Source of the DNA: Raja brachyura
Taxonomy: Eukaryota
Reading direction: 5' to 3'
Assembly (NCBI GenBank): GCA_963514005.1
Contig: OY740783.1
Coordinates: 44,764,001-44,828,000, forward strand
Length of the DNA stretch: 64,000 nucleotides
The translations under genes were made by a program, and so were the position numbers. The notes below the pieces were generated by a model that made no database searches, was not told where the DNA came from, and saw only the letters and a list, made by a program, of their open reading frames with translations. Positions 1 to 11,639 of the stretch are shown here, piece by piece. Positions within the stretch are counted from its first letter, which is position 1. Each line of letters opens with the position of its first letter.

Positions 1-2368
1 TTCCGGAACATGGGTAAGTGGACCACTCACAATGAGTTTACAATATTTACACTTGTTTGTACAACACACAAACGATAAAACATCTGCTTAAAGGCACAGT
101 ATTAGCATTCCAAACAAGTTTGGGGATTATGGGATAGGCTCGGAAGTCAGGCCAGTGTTCTCGTGCAAAGCACTGTGACAAGAGATTGGAGTTAATAAGC
201 AACCTGTTGTAAAACTGACTTCTATCTCATCAAGGGTAATTGGCAATATGGTAGCTATGATTCAGCTGTGCAAATCAAGGAACTGATATGCAAAGTAGCG
301 ACCTCTCAAAGGGCATTTAAATCATTGTTAACAACCTTATGGTATTGTCAGCTGAAGCCACCTCAGTCACAGTGATGAAAAAACAGTATTCAGCATTGCT
401 CCAGTAATTGGGTCGGTCGAATTCAGTTATTACAAACTGATGCTAAAATCTCTAAGGTGAGAAGTTCCAAATACCATCTCTAGTTGGACATAGCGGAGAT
501 TTGCATGAGTTGCCAATTCTTCAGTTGTTGGTATCAACTAAATATATACAATAGATGCCCCGATGGATAAAAGGCTATTGAGCGAATATACATGCTCAAC
601 TTCAAAATTGCTACGCTACGGTGATGGCATATGTTAGTCACATGGCAATCAAGGAAAAGTATACTGTAATAATTTACCTAATCTCTTTTTCCACTGGTGT
701 GTCATCAGGTTCAGATCCATGACAACACAGAATGGGTATTGTATCTCAAGGTATTATGAAAGTATGGTTCAATGGAACATCGAATATCGACATGATGGTT
801 TCATGTTTATTCACTGATTGCCCCCATCTGACACTGCTCTATTACTAGGGTCTTACCTGGGTCTAAGCAATCTACCTACTAGGTAGAGATAACGTGGTGA
901 CAGACATCAGGCCACGTAAGTATAAAGACAAAATAGAATGGATGTTGAATCCAAAAATGTTTTAATAGATTATCACCCAGTGGATGCATTCCCGCTACAT
1001 TGGGGAGGTATGTTCTTACGCTTTCCCCATTCTGCCTTATCAGTCAATGTCTCACCAAAATTGAGCAGGGCTCCGCCTCAGGCATTTGGTAGTCCCCGAC
1101 TGGGCCACACAACCATGGTTACCATTGGTTCTGAGACTGATGACACAGCCATTCATGATTATCCCCAATTACAGCAACTTGTTGGTCCACACTGGGACAG
1201 GAGGAGAGTTCCCCTTTACATGAGCGTATTAATCTGTTGATTTGTATCTTCTGATCAGACTGTTCCAGGGACTCGGACTATCGAGTAGGACCGTCGATGT
1301 GATTATGGTGGCCTGGAGAGATAGTACTAAAAAACAATATGTATCTCATATTAAGAAATGGGAGATGTTCTGTTTATAGTCAAATATATCTTGTCATGTT
1401 CATGGTGCTAGTGGTAGCACAATGGGTCCAAATATTGTAAAAGTTACAACTGGACAGCAAGCATCCTTCTGTAGATAATATTACATTTTATTTATATGAT
1501 CTAAATTATACAGAGCAGGCCAGGGATGGCTCGAACCAAAATAAGCTTAAAATATAACCATTGACCTGAGACTATGTGTAGTTACGCACCTGAGCCAATA
1601 TATCAAGGCCATCAAGAGTCTCAGAGGTTCTGAAACAGCGATGCTCAACGGCCACATAAAACCTCATACAAAGGTGTCAGTACAAACTATTTTTAGATGG
1701 CCGAAACAGGTTTGCATTATGCTGGAGTAGACACTGATGTGTTTAAATCACTCCACCAGGGTGGCGTCAACGTACGCAGCAAAGGCACAGTACGTGCCAT
1801 TAGACCAAATCCTCACTGCAGGATGGTCCAGTAAAGGAACCTTTTTCATGATTTATGATAAACCTGTCCTTGCAATGCAAAGATTTGGGCATGTTGTTTT
1901 GGGTTCTGTTTGAGTTCTCCTTTGTAATTTCCCTTGCGAAAGAGGGGTTATTACTGTTCTTTTATTGTTTAAGACGTTCATTGTATAATTTAAGCAATGT
2001 TCAATACATTATTTGTTTATCCTATGTCAACCAAGGCAGTGTGTCGTATGGAACTGCATCTACGGCATGAAATCACCGAGCTTTGAAATCTTCACGTAGT
2101 CATTCACGTGACTCCGAAGTAAAATAGTAAGATTAAATGAGAACTTACCAGTTTGAAGTTTGATCTTTATTTTATGAGGAGTTACGATATCACTATACTT
2201 TATCTTACCATATCACTTTGACTGTAGTTACTGTGATTTCACGCTGCTGCTTTGAAGATTGACGAGCATGCGCACTGGCGGGGCTTCTTCACGTAATCCC
2301 TCATTGTAACTCCTCATAAAATAAAGATCAAACTTCAAACTGGTAAGTTCTCATTTAAACTTACTACT
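1..2368 (+). mobile_element. Decayed DIRS1-like tyrosine-recombinase retrotransposon (3' part, runs off the window start)
   Basis: Frameshifted remnants: RNase H-like ATVMAYVSHM (~615-645); DAFPLHW..(Y)AFP.FCLISQCLTKIEQ..LVVPDWATQPWLP (~980-1130); YR N-terminus GLSSRTVDVIMVAWRDSTKKQYVSHIKKW (~1275-1360); YR catalytic region LCVVTHL..KPH..TIFRW..AGVDTDVFKS/HSTRVAST..AGWSSKGTF..YDKPV (~1570-1868). Terminal 64-bp inverted repeat at 2125-2188 / 2303-2366. Confidence 0.88.
2125..2366. repeat. 64-bp inverted repeat (DIRS ICR / terminal repeat pair)
   Basis: 2125-2188 (tagtaagattaaatgagaacttacc...gaggagttacgat) is the reverse complement of 2303-2366 with 2 mismatches. Confidence 0.9.
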
Positions 2369-5289
2369 CTATGACAGTGAAACAGACGATCTAGTTGTTT
2401 TCAGCTTGCTGTTTTCTGGAAGTATGTTGCATGCAAATTCTGTGTCCAGTTTTGAGCATCACAAGAGTAGTTAGATGACATAGGTTTGGTTGTTTCAGCA
2501 AGCACCTAGTCACCAAAGAGTCATAAACTTACCATAAGACAGCTGATATTACCCAGAAATATTGAATGTTGCTGACTGCAACCCTAAATTCACCTCACCC
2601 AACACTGATGCATAAGGCCAAGGACTCGGCAATTTGTCCTTAATTTTAACTAATATGGTCCTTTATCCCGTGCTAACAGCTAAATTCCAATTTGCACAAA
2701 TAATTAATCAATACTTCCCAGTCTGATGAACTATTATTAATCCTTGCTAATTTTCTTTGACCATAAACCAAGATCTCCAGTCGATTATGTGGCAAATTGT
2801 GGGGGATGACTAGAGAGAAGATCAAAGTGAGCTGATGATATTTGGCCCTGCTCCATTCACGGGACTAGTAACTGGACAGAGACTGTTTGTCAGGCATTAA
2901 GTCCCAATGTCTGAAACAACACAGTTCAGGAAAGGATACCTGATGGAATAAGTTAACTCTTGAGGAGGCAGGATGCCAGGATATCGTCTGTTATACAATT
3001 AATAGAGGCTTAGTGGAAATTAACATAGTTTCCATTTACTTCATATTTCAAATAAAATTAATTGAAGCTCAAAAGCAGTGCTGCCTCTATAATGTTCACC
3101 AAAATTGCATATGAATCACAGATCATAAGCACACTTAGTCATGAAGCATTGTCCAGGTGACAACCTGTAATAATCATAATGAATAATCCCAGAATATAAA
3201 ACAATAATGCAGCACTTCAGATCAATGGAAGCTGACAGCTTTGATTAATATTTGTCACCTTAAATTGTGCACAAAATGATTGAGCATCTGTTTTAACAGC
3301 ATGTAATTCCAGTGACCAGAAGTGCATTAAATATAACAGTTGAAAAAGGGGATAAAGTCTAAATTGACTAGAAAGACTTCTTAATTTACAGATTGTAACA
3401 CTGAAACAGACAAATACATTTCAGCAACATGCCCTGCAAAAATTGACATTTCTGTCAAGCTACAACATGTAGGAATCTAATTGTAAGAGCATTGCCCTTA
3501 TTTTTTAGGTCAAACACGATTTAATCTCGATCCAGAGTTCAACTCTTTTTCACCAACCTCTTAATTAGTGAAGAAATTAAAAAATCAGGGAGAAGATGGT
3601 GAAAAGCCTGAGGCATACAGCACAGTTTCTCATTTATGCTTAACCAGTAAAGTACAGATGGCTTAGCAATGCAGTCTTGGATAAACAAAATTCAAGCTGA
3701 AACTACTGTGATAGATTGCAGTCGGCAACTTTATCTGGAGACATACTTGTCCAATACTTCATGATTATGAAGGGCACACAGATAAAAAATTGCAAGTGTG
3801 AAATAAATTCTCTGGAGTTTATCTTGTAAACCAGCAATTCTCAGCCATTACCAGTATGAACTATAATATTTGTATCGACTAGGCAGAGACTGCAGAGGCT
3901 CCAGACATCTGGCAACTGAGATAAGTAGGAAAAAAGGGGCTATCCTTGACTTAGGCAATTGAGAGATATCAAAAAAATACTAAACAAGGGTTACAAGGAC
4001 ATGCAGACATAAATCACAACATAGAAAAAAAGAAGAGTCAATTCCTAAAGGAGGGAATAATGAAATGGGGGTTTATGTTCCATCAATTGTTTCTCCTATT
4101 TCTGTGATTAGTAATGAATCATACAACATACAGTAAGGCCTTACAACATTTCATACGAGGGGATGAAATGTTCAGTGGGAGGGTGGTCTTCAATACAATG
4201 GCAGCAGAAGGGAAGGTTAGGCTGGAAGGTTAAATTCGTTTTTTGCTAAAGGGTTCACACTATTAGTTCACCACACAGAAAGGCAGCAGAAAGAAGCATA
4301 CTCTGAAAGATTTCCATTAAAATAATTTATAGAAATAAAAGTTTCCGGCCAATGTTTGAAGAAATGAAAGCAAAGGCTGTTTTTGTAGCTTTTTTGAAAA
4401 GTTTCAGAGTATTTGATATCAGAAGCTGCTGCACACACATATAATGTCACCCACATAAACTGGCTTGTCTGATCATTTCGCAAATCCTGCAGCATGTAAG
4501 TATTTTCTTTGAAAAAATCAAAAGCCAAAAGAGACTAATCATGTGGGTGCAACATCTCCAAGGAGCCAGTGTATGACACAGAAAGATATAGGTGAAATTG
4601 AGCAAAGGTTTGCTAAAAAAAAGCAGCTGTACAGACATTGCGAAGGGTACATTCACATTGCACGTGCATTTTCTCAAAGATAGTAATGGGAGGCAAATTA
4701 GCAAATGAGGAGTATAAGGTTCCAAGTTTGAACTCCATGCGGCATTGTGCAAATTAAACAACGCAATCCTCAAATGGTAACAGAAAAAAATCATACCACA
4801 TTAACAGTAGAAATAAACAAAAAAAAAAATCTGCTTTCCAATTAAACCATCAAATGCAATTGACACCAAGCTTTATAGGTAATTTAGTGTATTAAAAGCA
4901 CTCCCACACACCAGAATGTCAGACCCATGCAACCACCTCTGCTACCATTGTTCTTCATAAAGGGGTAAACTGCTTCCAGCACTGTCACTGCTCATCATCT
5001 TGATATCCGACAGAGCATCAAAAATTTAAACAACCTTGTTTGGTGTTAATAAGGCTCTTGGGTCACTGCCATTGTCAGTCATAATCAAATATGAGCACAA
5101 AGAGAGTTAAAACGATGATGGCAAAAGGTTAAAGAGGAAACCTATTTGGAATAGGGCCAGTTGTTAGCAAAATGTTTCTGTGGGTCAATTGTTTTTATTC
5201 ATAATGAGGCCATATTTTGACAGTGTTTCCTTTGATTTCCCCACACTCACCCCTTCTCCAGTTCCTGAACGTATCCTTGCTAAGGTAGA

Positions 5290-5602
5290 CCCTGTGCCTG
5301 GTCTGCAGAAGCCAAGAAATTCATTCTCAGCAGTGGTAGAGCTTTATGCTGCGGGCCTGGTGGACGGCAGCATCAGAGGCCTGGATCTCCTCAGCGCAGA
5401 GGGAGAATAAGGAGGGAAGAAGACAGAGACTCTAAGACTTTTGCCTTCCACCACAGTGAGGAGGTGTTTGGTGAACTCACTGTGGTGGATGTTAATTTTT
5501 GTGTTTATTGTGTGGTTTTGTTATTTTTAATATATGTATGACTGCAGGCACGAAATTTCGTTCAGACCGAAAGGTCTGAATGACAATAAAGGCTATTCAT
5601 TC
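5290..5602 (+). mobile_element. Short non-autonomous retroelement with hairpins and LINE-type 3' tail
   Basis: Hairpins ccaccacagtgag...ctcactgtggtgg and ttcagacc-gaaa-ggtctgaa, then tgacaataaa. Related copy on the minus strand at 61366-61730. Confidence 0.6.
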
Positions 5603-6299
5603 ATGAGCAGCTCATAAATTGGCTGAAATGGTATGAATCACAGAGGTAGAGCAGAACCCACTGGCTTCTTTATATTGCATGAGAGTAAATGTTAAGGCAA
5701 CCGAGGACTGGATTTTAATTGCAAGTGAAATCTCTGGTTGATTTTTGCTCCCTTCAGTCCAGCTGAAGAGAAATTGATTGAAATGTTCCAAATTTTGCTC
5801 CAAGTAAGATCAGTTACTCAGTGTGGACCAAGAGTCAAATCTGGGAATTCCCAGTCAGCGAGGGAGAAAATATTTTATTTTCCTTTTCTCAATCAATATC
5901 CACTTCCTCTTGTGTTTGGCTTTCTTGCTGTGCATCAGGGTTACTTTTCTCAGCCAGTCTCCACAGCAACTCAGTACAGCAGGCAGATGCTGGTCTAGCC
6001 TTGCAAACAGGCAGTTATTTATAGCTTTTAAGCTTTCCTTTGATATTGTACAGGTTCTAAGATGATTAATAGTTGCCTTAAATTAATACCTAGTGTAAAG
6101 ATACCTTTACAGAGAACCTTTAAAGAACCTACAGTTCAGGTCTGACTTAAAGGAATTTATTTTCACCTAATTATGATTTAATAATGTTCTTATCACTTTT
6201 ATGTTTATTGAAGAATTAAAACATTCTGATTAATTCTGATTACATTATTACTGGCATATACCTAGCTTCAATATGTCTTAGAGAGTACTTTATGAGTTG

Positions 6300-7066
6300 T
6301 AGCGTAAACAGAGATACTACTCCGATGAGCAAGAACTGCGGGGGGAGGGGGTGGGGGGGGGGGGGGAGCACGAAGGACGTGGCTTTAAAGTGATTGAAAA
6401 AATATACATGGGAATGTATGGAATACCCTTTTTATACATTTTGGACGCATGTTTTGAGAGGTGGGGGGCAATTCCCCCATGTTTTGAAATCCGGATTTTT
6501 TAATTCTGTGAAAAAAAAATCTATTAGAAATCTCCGCTTTCCGTGAGACAGTGGGGTTAGGACTGATGATCGAGGGTGCGGATTGGACGAGAGAGACGTT
6601 GGTCAGCAGGCGGGGGGGGGGGGGGGGTGCGGGACATGATGACACAGCACGGTGATTGGAGGAGGGAGAAGTCCTGGTGGAGCAAAGATCATAGAGCGGA
6701 GCATGAATCGGCCCGTTCGCGGGGCCGTTCATCGGCCGCGGGATCTTCTATCGCCCCGCGGTTAAATTGCTGCGTCGAGGTGATCGAGGCTCCCGAGGGT
6801 GAAGCCCCCACCAGGGGGTAGAAGATTCCACGGCCGGTTTTAAGCCGCGCCAGGCGATGAAACCCCGCAAACGGGCCGATTGAAGCCCGCAATTCGGGGC
6901 AGACGAAGCTGCTGTTGCTGGAGTTCGGAGTTGGTCACCATCCAGGTCAGCTCCCGATGTTACCATCTACAGGGCCCATGGCCGAAGCCTCCAAAGTATC
7001 ACTTGTGGACGTGTGCGTGTGCGGCCACCCCCCCCCCCCATGTTTTTACAGCGATTTCCGCCCCTG
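6300..7066. mobile_element. GC/CpG-rich interspersed element, possibly a truncated DNA transposon
   Basis: Abrupt GC and CpG enrichment with poly-G runs in an AT-rich intron; ends in tttccgcccctg (CAGGGGCGG-type terminus on the minus strand). No matching second terminus seen. Confidence 0.45.
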
Positions 7067-7763
7067 AACACTGCCATTAAAAGAGAATTGAATAGGTACG
7101 ATTAAAAAAATAATTTGTTGGGCTGTGGCGAATGGGATTAACTAACCCGATCTAGCAAAGAATTGAAGTGCCATGTGGCCTCGGTAGTGGTGACAATTCT
7201 ATGGTTTTCCAACTTTGGTCCTAATCAAGTGGCGATAGACCACAAGTTGATGTCAGCTTCTCTATTCACTATTTCATAGGTTACTCGCCCTTGTGGAGGA
7301 GTGGAGCACAAAGCGGAATTGGAACTTAAAAGTGCATAGCAATACAATCAGTGCATGTTTAACAGCCTCGAATCAAGTCACCGAAATTCAGCTTCAATAT
7401 TGGACATTTGTGAAGGAATGGAGAAAGGTCTAGGTACAAATTAGAAGATTCCATTTCCTTTTTAAAATGTTATTATTGCTGAATATTTGATTCATTTATG
7501 AGGTGAGGGCACTGCTGGGAAGGCCAACATTTATTAAGAATTAAGAATCAAAGAGTCTGAGGTAATGTATAGGACAAGATCAGTTAAAGATGAAAGCTTT
7601 CTTTATGCTTGATTTGCTTAGATATACATTTTTGGGAGTGACACCAAGAACCAGTTAAATTATTTACGTATTTGTATAAGATGCCAATTGATTTTATCCA
7701 TCTGGAAGCAGCGACCCTTCCATTTACCCCCACCCTAGGAAAGATGTGTTTCCAAGGCCTTAC

Positions 7764-7925
7764 CGTTGGTATCATGGTGAATGTGTGGAGGGTTAATCAC
7801 ATTTGGGTCAATGATTTCTGAGGACGCAATAACATTCTTCTGATCCAGCATCCGCCCCTGGGCATCATAACCCTCCTTAATTGCTGTAGGAGGGGTGGTA
7901 GTGGAAAAGGCAGAGCTGAAGTAGC
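7764..7925 (-). CDS. SEMA6A: SEMA6A coding exon 18 (extracellular stalk, 162 nt, phase 1-1)
   Basis: gacag|GCTAC...AACG|gtaag; GYFSSAFSTTTPPTAIKEGYDAQGRMLDQKNV...HHDTN aligns with human GHSSSLLPSTTTSDSTAQEGYESRGGMLDWKH...HQDKK. Confidence 0.9.
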
Positions 7926-8699
7926 CTGTCATCATTGTAAACACAGTCAAGGTCATTCTGTTTTACTCAGAGTCTGAGCTTGTTAAGTCAGGAAAAAAAA
8001 AAGAAACATCTGCTCCAGTTTAAGTAAATTGTTTAAAAAAATCATTTTACTTTAAATTAACTGAAATGTTATTATCCTCTTTCACATTAAATCTGCAATG
8101 AAGTAAGTAGCAACAATGACAATTCACGCCAGCCTTTGGCACACTGCATCTGTGTGACAGAAGCTCTGAATAACTGTGATGTGATAAGAGTCCTTGCTGA
8201 GAGATGGAGGCAGTTACTTTAAGGATTGTTAACTATGATTTTGCCACAGGATTGTCCTTTGGACTGTTGGACCTAATCATTACAATGGATTTATTTTTGC
8301 TTGGAGCCATCGGCTGAAAGATTGTGCTGACAGGAGCATTTCATTATTCATCATCAACCTTGACAGGAAATATTGCTTAACATGAGGTATTATCAGTGCA
8401 ACCAAAGAGGGTGTTTATGTTACAAGGGAAATATGTTGAGGGGAGTGAGAGTGAGCATCTTATCCTGTTAATGCCTTGTTTCTGGAAAAAAATAACTATC
8501 CACAGGGAGATTAATTATTGTGTTGGCTAATATCTTCCCTTTCCAGAATGTTTGGCTTTAGAAATGTATTTATCTCGTCAACTCATCACCAGCCTCTTTA
8601 TCTCATCACAATCCACAAAATATTTCAGAAAGTTTAAGATACCAACAAAATGGAGAGTTAAGTAATGAAATCTGCTGGTTTGCAGTTACATATAAGTCT

Positions 8700-9760
8700 G
8701 TAAACACAATATATAGAATATTGTGGGATGTCAAATAGGGGCAGGACATATTTTATTAATGATAGGATGCCAAGGAAGGTTGATGTACAGAGGGATTTAG
8801 GAAGTTTAAAAAAAATGGCAACACTGGTAGATGGGTTGGTTAAAAAAGGCATATGGCGCGCTTGTCCTTGTGAATCAGGTTATAGAATATAAAGGTTGGG
8901 TGTTATGTTGCAACTTTACAGACACTGGATAAACTGCGCTTGGAGTATTGTGTGCAGTTCTGGTTGCCACACTTCAGGATAAACATGGTTGTGCTGAAGA
9001 GCATGCAGAGGAGATCCCCCAAGATGTTAGGACACAGATTACTGGAGTAACTCAGTAGGTCAGGCAGTACATCTGGAGAGCATGAACAGGTGTGAAGAAG
9101 AGTTCCAACCCAAAAGACTGGAGAACATGGATATGTAATGTTTCAGGTAAACCCTTCTTCAGACTGCAGATGGGTCCCAACCCAAAACAATACCTGTCCA
9201 TGTTCTCCGGAGATGTTGCCTGACCTGCTGAGTTGCTCCAGCACTTTCTGTCCTTTTGTGTATTAACCAGCATCTGCAGTTCTTTATTTCTACGTTCCCC
9301 TAAGATGTTGCCTAAATTGAAGGACTTAAATAATGGGGAGAGAATAAAAAGGCTGGGTTTGTTTTCCCAGGAGCATTGCAGGCTAATGAGTGACATATAA
9401 GTTCATAAGACACAGGAGCAGAATTAGGCCAATCGGCCCATCTAGTCTGCTCCGCCATTCAATCATGGCTGATCTTTCCGAATGAAATTCCTCACAACAC
9501 CATTTTTCTGGCTTCTCCTGATGAATATATGTAAAATTATAGGAGGCATAGATAGAGTAGATAGTCAGACTATTTCACCCGTGGCCAGGGAGGCAATGGA
9601 TAAATGGAAGAAAGCATTTTAATGGGGATTTGAAGGGATGTTTTTTTTTTAATACACAGAAATTGTTGATATCTGGAATTCACTGTTAGAAGTTAGTGTT
9701 AGACTTTTGGAAGGTGGTGTTAGGCTTTTAAGATATATTTAGACAGGCACCTATAGGAGC
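8700..9760 (+). mobile_element. CR1/HER1-like LINE RT 3' fragment with nested insertions
   Basis: LEYCVQFWLPH motif at ~8940-8972; interrupted by a Penelope-derived element (~9029-9294) and a reverse CR1 tail (~9397-9520). Confidence 0.8.
9029..9294. mobile_element. Penelope-derived palindromic short element
   Basis: Head-to-head copies of the ctggagtaactcag...cttcttcagac unit; flanked by an imperfect direct repeat tcccccaagatgtt / tcccctaagatgtt. Confidence 0.75.
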
Positions 9761-10586
9761 AAAGCTTGGGCTTGTGATGACAGGCGTGGGATAAAAATAG
9801 GGGCAGGATTCTTGTTTCTTAGAAGTACTTAGCAACCTTCTTAGGGAGGTACAATATATGGTCATAGGGACAACACTGGGTGAATGATTGGCCTGCTATC
9901 TGCCCATTCTCGCACATGAATAATGGTACCTAGAGCTGGACTCATAGAAGAATCTGTTTTCTAGGAGAAACAGCTGGCCATAAGGATGAAAATCACTGAA
10001 CAATTGAGGGGTAATGAAGCCACACAAAGATAGAGATGCTGCCTGACCAGCTGAGTTAGTCCAGCACTTTGGACTCTAAGAGGGATGTTTGATCCATGAA
10101 TGTTTCTCAATGAATGGAAAAACTGAACTCTTGTTCTTTATCATCTGCTGATTTCTAGAACAATCCATAGGCAATACCATTGCTGGAAGGTATGGCAGGA
10201 TTGCACATTCAGAGATCAACATTTGACGCTTAAATATTTTCCATAATTTGTGAATAAAGTAAAAAGGGTCTAGCATTATAAACATGGGATGTCATGTTGG
10301 CAGCAAGCCTATGGATGAGTGCAGTGTTTTAGACAAAATAATGTTGTTTATAGTCAGTCAAGGATAGCCACTGTGATTAGGTATCACTATTACTCTAATC
10401 AGCAAGGTTTAGGGTTTTGTAGCAATGCTAAAATCTACAGAAAATGAATTAGCAAGTTGAATAATAAAAGGCAGGGAAACTAAAGAAAGAACAGCTAAAT
10501 AATCTACATCAGTTGGAGGATAGATTTACAGTTAAAATAAAGGCTTACTAAAGTCAATAAAACTGGGTCAAAAAAGAAACACTGAC

Positions 10587-10637
10587 CATGTATTGTATCA
10601 CGAGACATTTCATGACCTTGTGGAGTGGTTGATAAGT
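10587..10637 (-). CDS. SEMA6A: SEMA6A coding exon 17 (51-nt cassette exon, phase 1-1)
   Basis: ttcttcttag|ACTTATC...CATG|gtcagt; DLSTTPQGHEMSRDTIH matches the 17-aa insert of the long human isoform (DISTPLPDNEMSYNTVY) in length and partly in sequence. Confidence 0.88.
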
Positions 10638-10830
10638 CTAAGAAGAAAACAATGATGGAAAAGAAAACAAAATGCTTCAAAAGAAGGAAAAGAAATACAG
10701 AAAAAAACTGCAATATAAATCTTGAAAGTGAGCACCAGTGATTACAATGAAGTTAGGAGTTGGGACAGATGCATTATTCATCCAACGTTCTCACAATCAA
10801 TGATCAAGCAATATAATCAGATGGACTTAC

Positions 10831-10851
10831 CATTCAGAGCCACAAAGGAGT
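10831..10851 (-). CDS. SEMA6A: SEMA6A coding exon 16 (21-nt microexon, phase 1-1)
   Basis: tttttgcag|ACTCCTTTGTGGCTCTGAATG|gtaagt encodes NSFVALN, the same as human. Confidence 0.93.
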
Positions 10852-11639
10852 CTGCAAAAAAAAAGCAAAAGGATGTTAAAAATGAAATATGCACACAGTA
10901 GATTACATCATGTTTACATCATAGTTGCTAAAACGTTCCTAGGGATTCTTTTGCAACTAAAAAGCTGTGAAATAATCTGAAAGAAAAATGTCACAAAGTG
11001 CAGGAGTAACTCAGCAGGTCAGGTGGCATCACCAGAGGACACATTCTGCGGAGGTACTCCAGCACATTTGGTATATTTTTGTAAACCAGTTTCTGCAGTT
11101 TATTGTGTCTCCAAATAATCAGAAAGTTTGTTTTAATATCCATTTATAAGTAGTATTGTGTTACGGGATTTTCAAAAGTAACCCGAAATGGTGAAAGGAA
11201 CACAGTATATTGTCATGAATGCATTACTTGTATAGTCTTCTTTGCTTATAACATGCTTTTTAACTAAACAGACCAACACAATTCATTTCATTTCATTTGA
11301 GAGAACTGGATTTTGTTTGAAAGCCAAGGTTTTGTCAACTATTTCTCATCCCATTATTGAAATCGTCCATCTTTTAACCATCTACGGAACCATGGTTTAA
11401 AGAAGACATTTTATTTGCCTGTGTCTAGGTATCTAGTAAAAGGTGATATAAATTGTATCCCATTTGATATAATATAAGATTTTTAATAATTATTTTCTGA
11501 GTATGTAGGAAATAAAAATTATTGTGCTGAATATATTCCCAACAGTCTCCTTAAAACAGTCCTAATATTTACTCTGCACATTTTTTTTCTGTCACAGTAT
11601 TCAGATTTGCATGAGATTCTTTTTAAAGCTTTTTAAATC

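Noticed and set aside
4937-4998. Possible extra stalk exon on the minus strand (36 or 45 nt VLEAVYPFMKNN, or a stop-containing version) with a downstream TGCATG at 4926-4931
   Set aside because: The acceptor lacks a pyrimidine tract, the donors (gtagca, gtggtt) are weak, and I recognise no homologous peptide. It would need RNA-seq junction support.
6564-6600. CTGATGA as a possible hammerhead core
   Set aside because: No stem II followed by GAAA at a suitable spacing.
6385-7080. Overlapping ORFs on both strands in the GC-rich patch
   Set aside because: Low-complexity translations expected from GC-rich DNA; no domain or splice context.
1-7763. SEMA6A terminal exon (transmembrane plus cytoplasmic tail)
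   Set aside because: No long minus-strand ORF with the LVPVTLLAIAV-like segment; it presumably lies beyond the window start.
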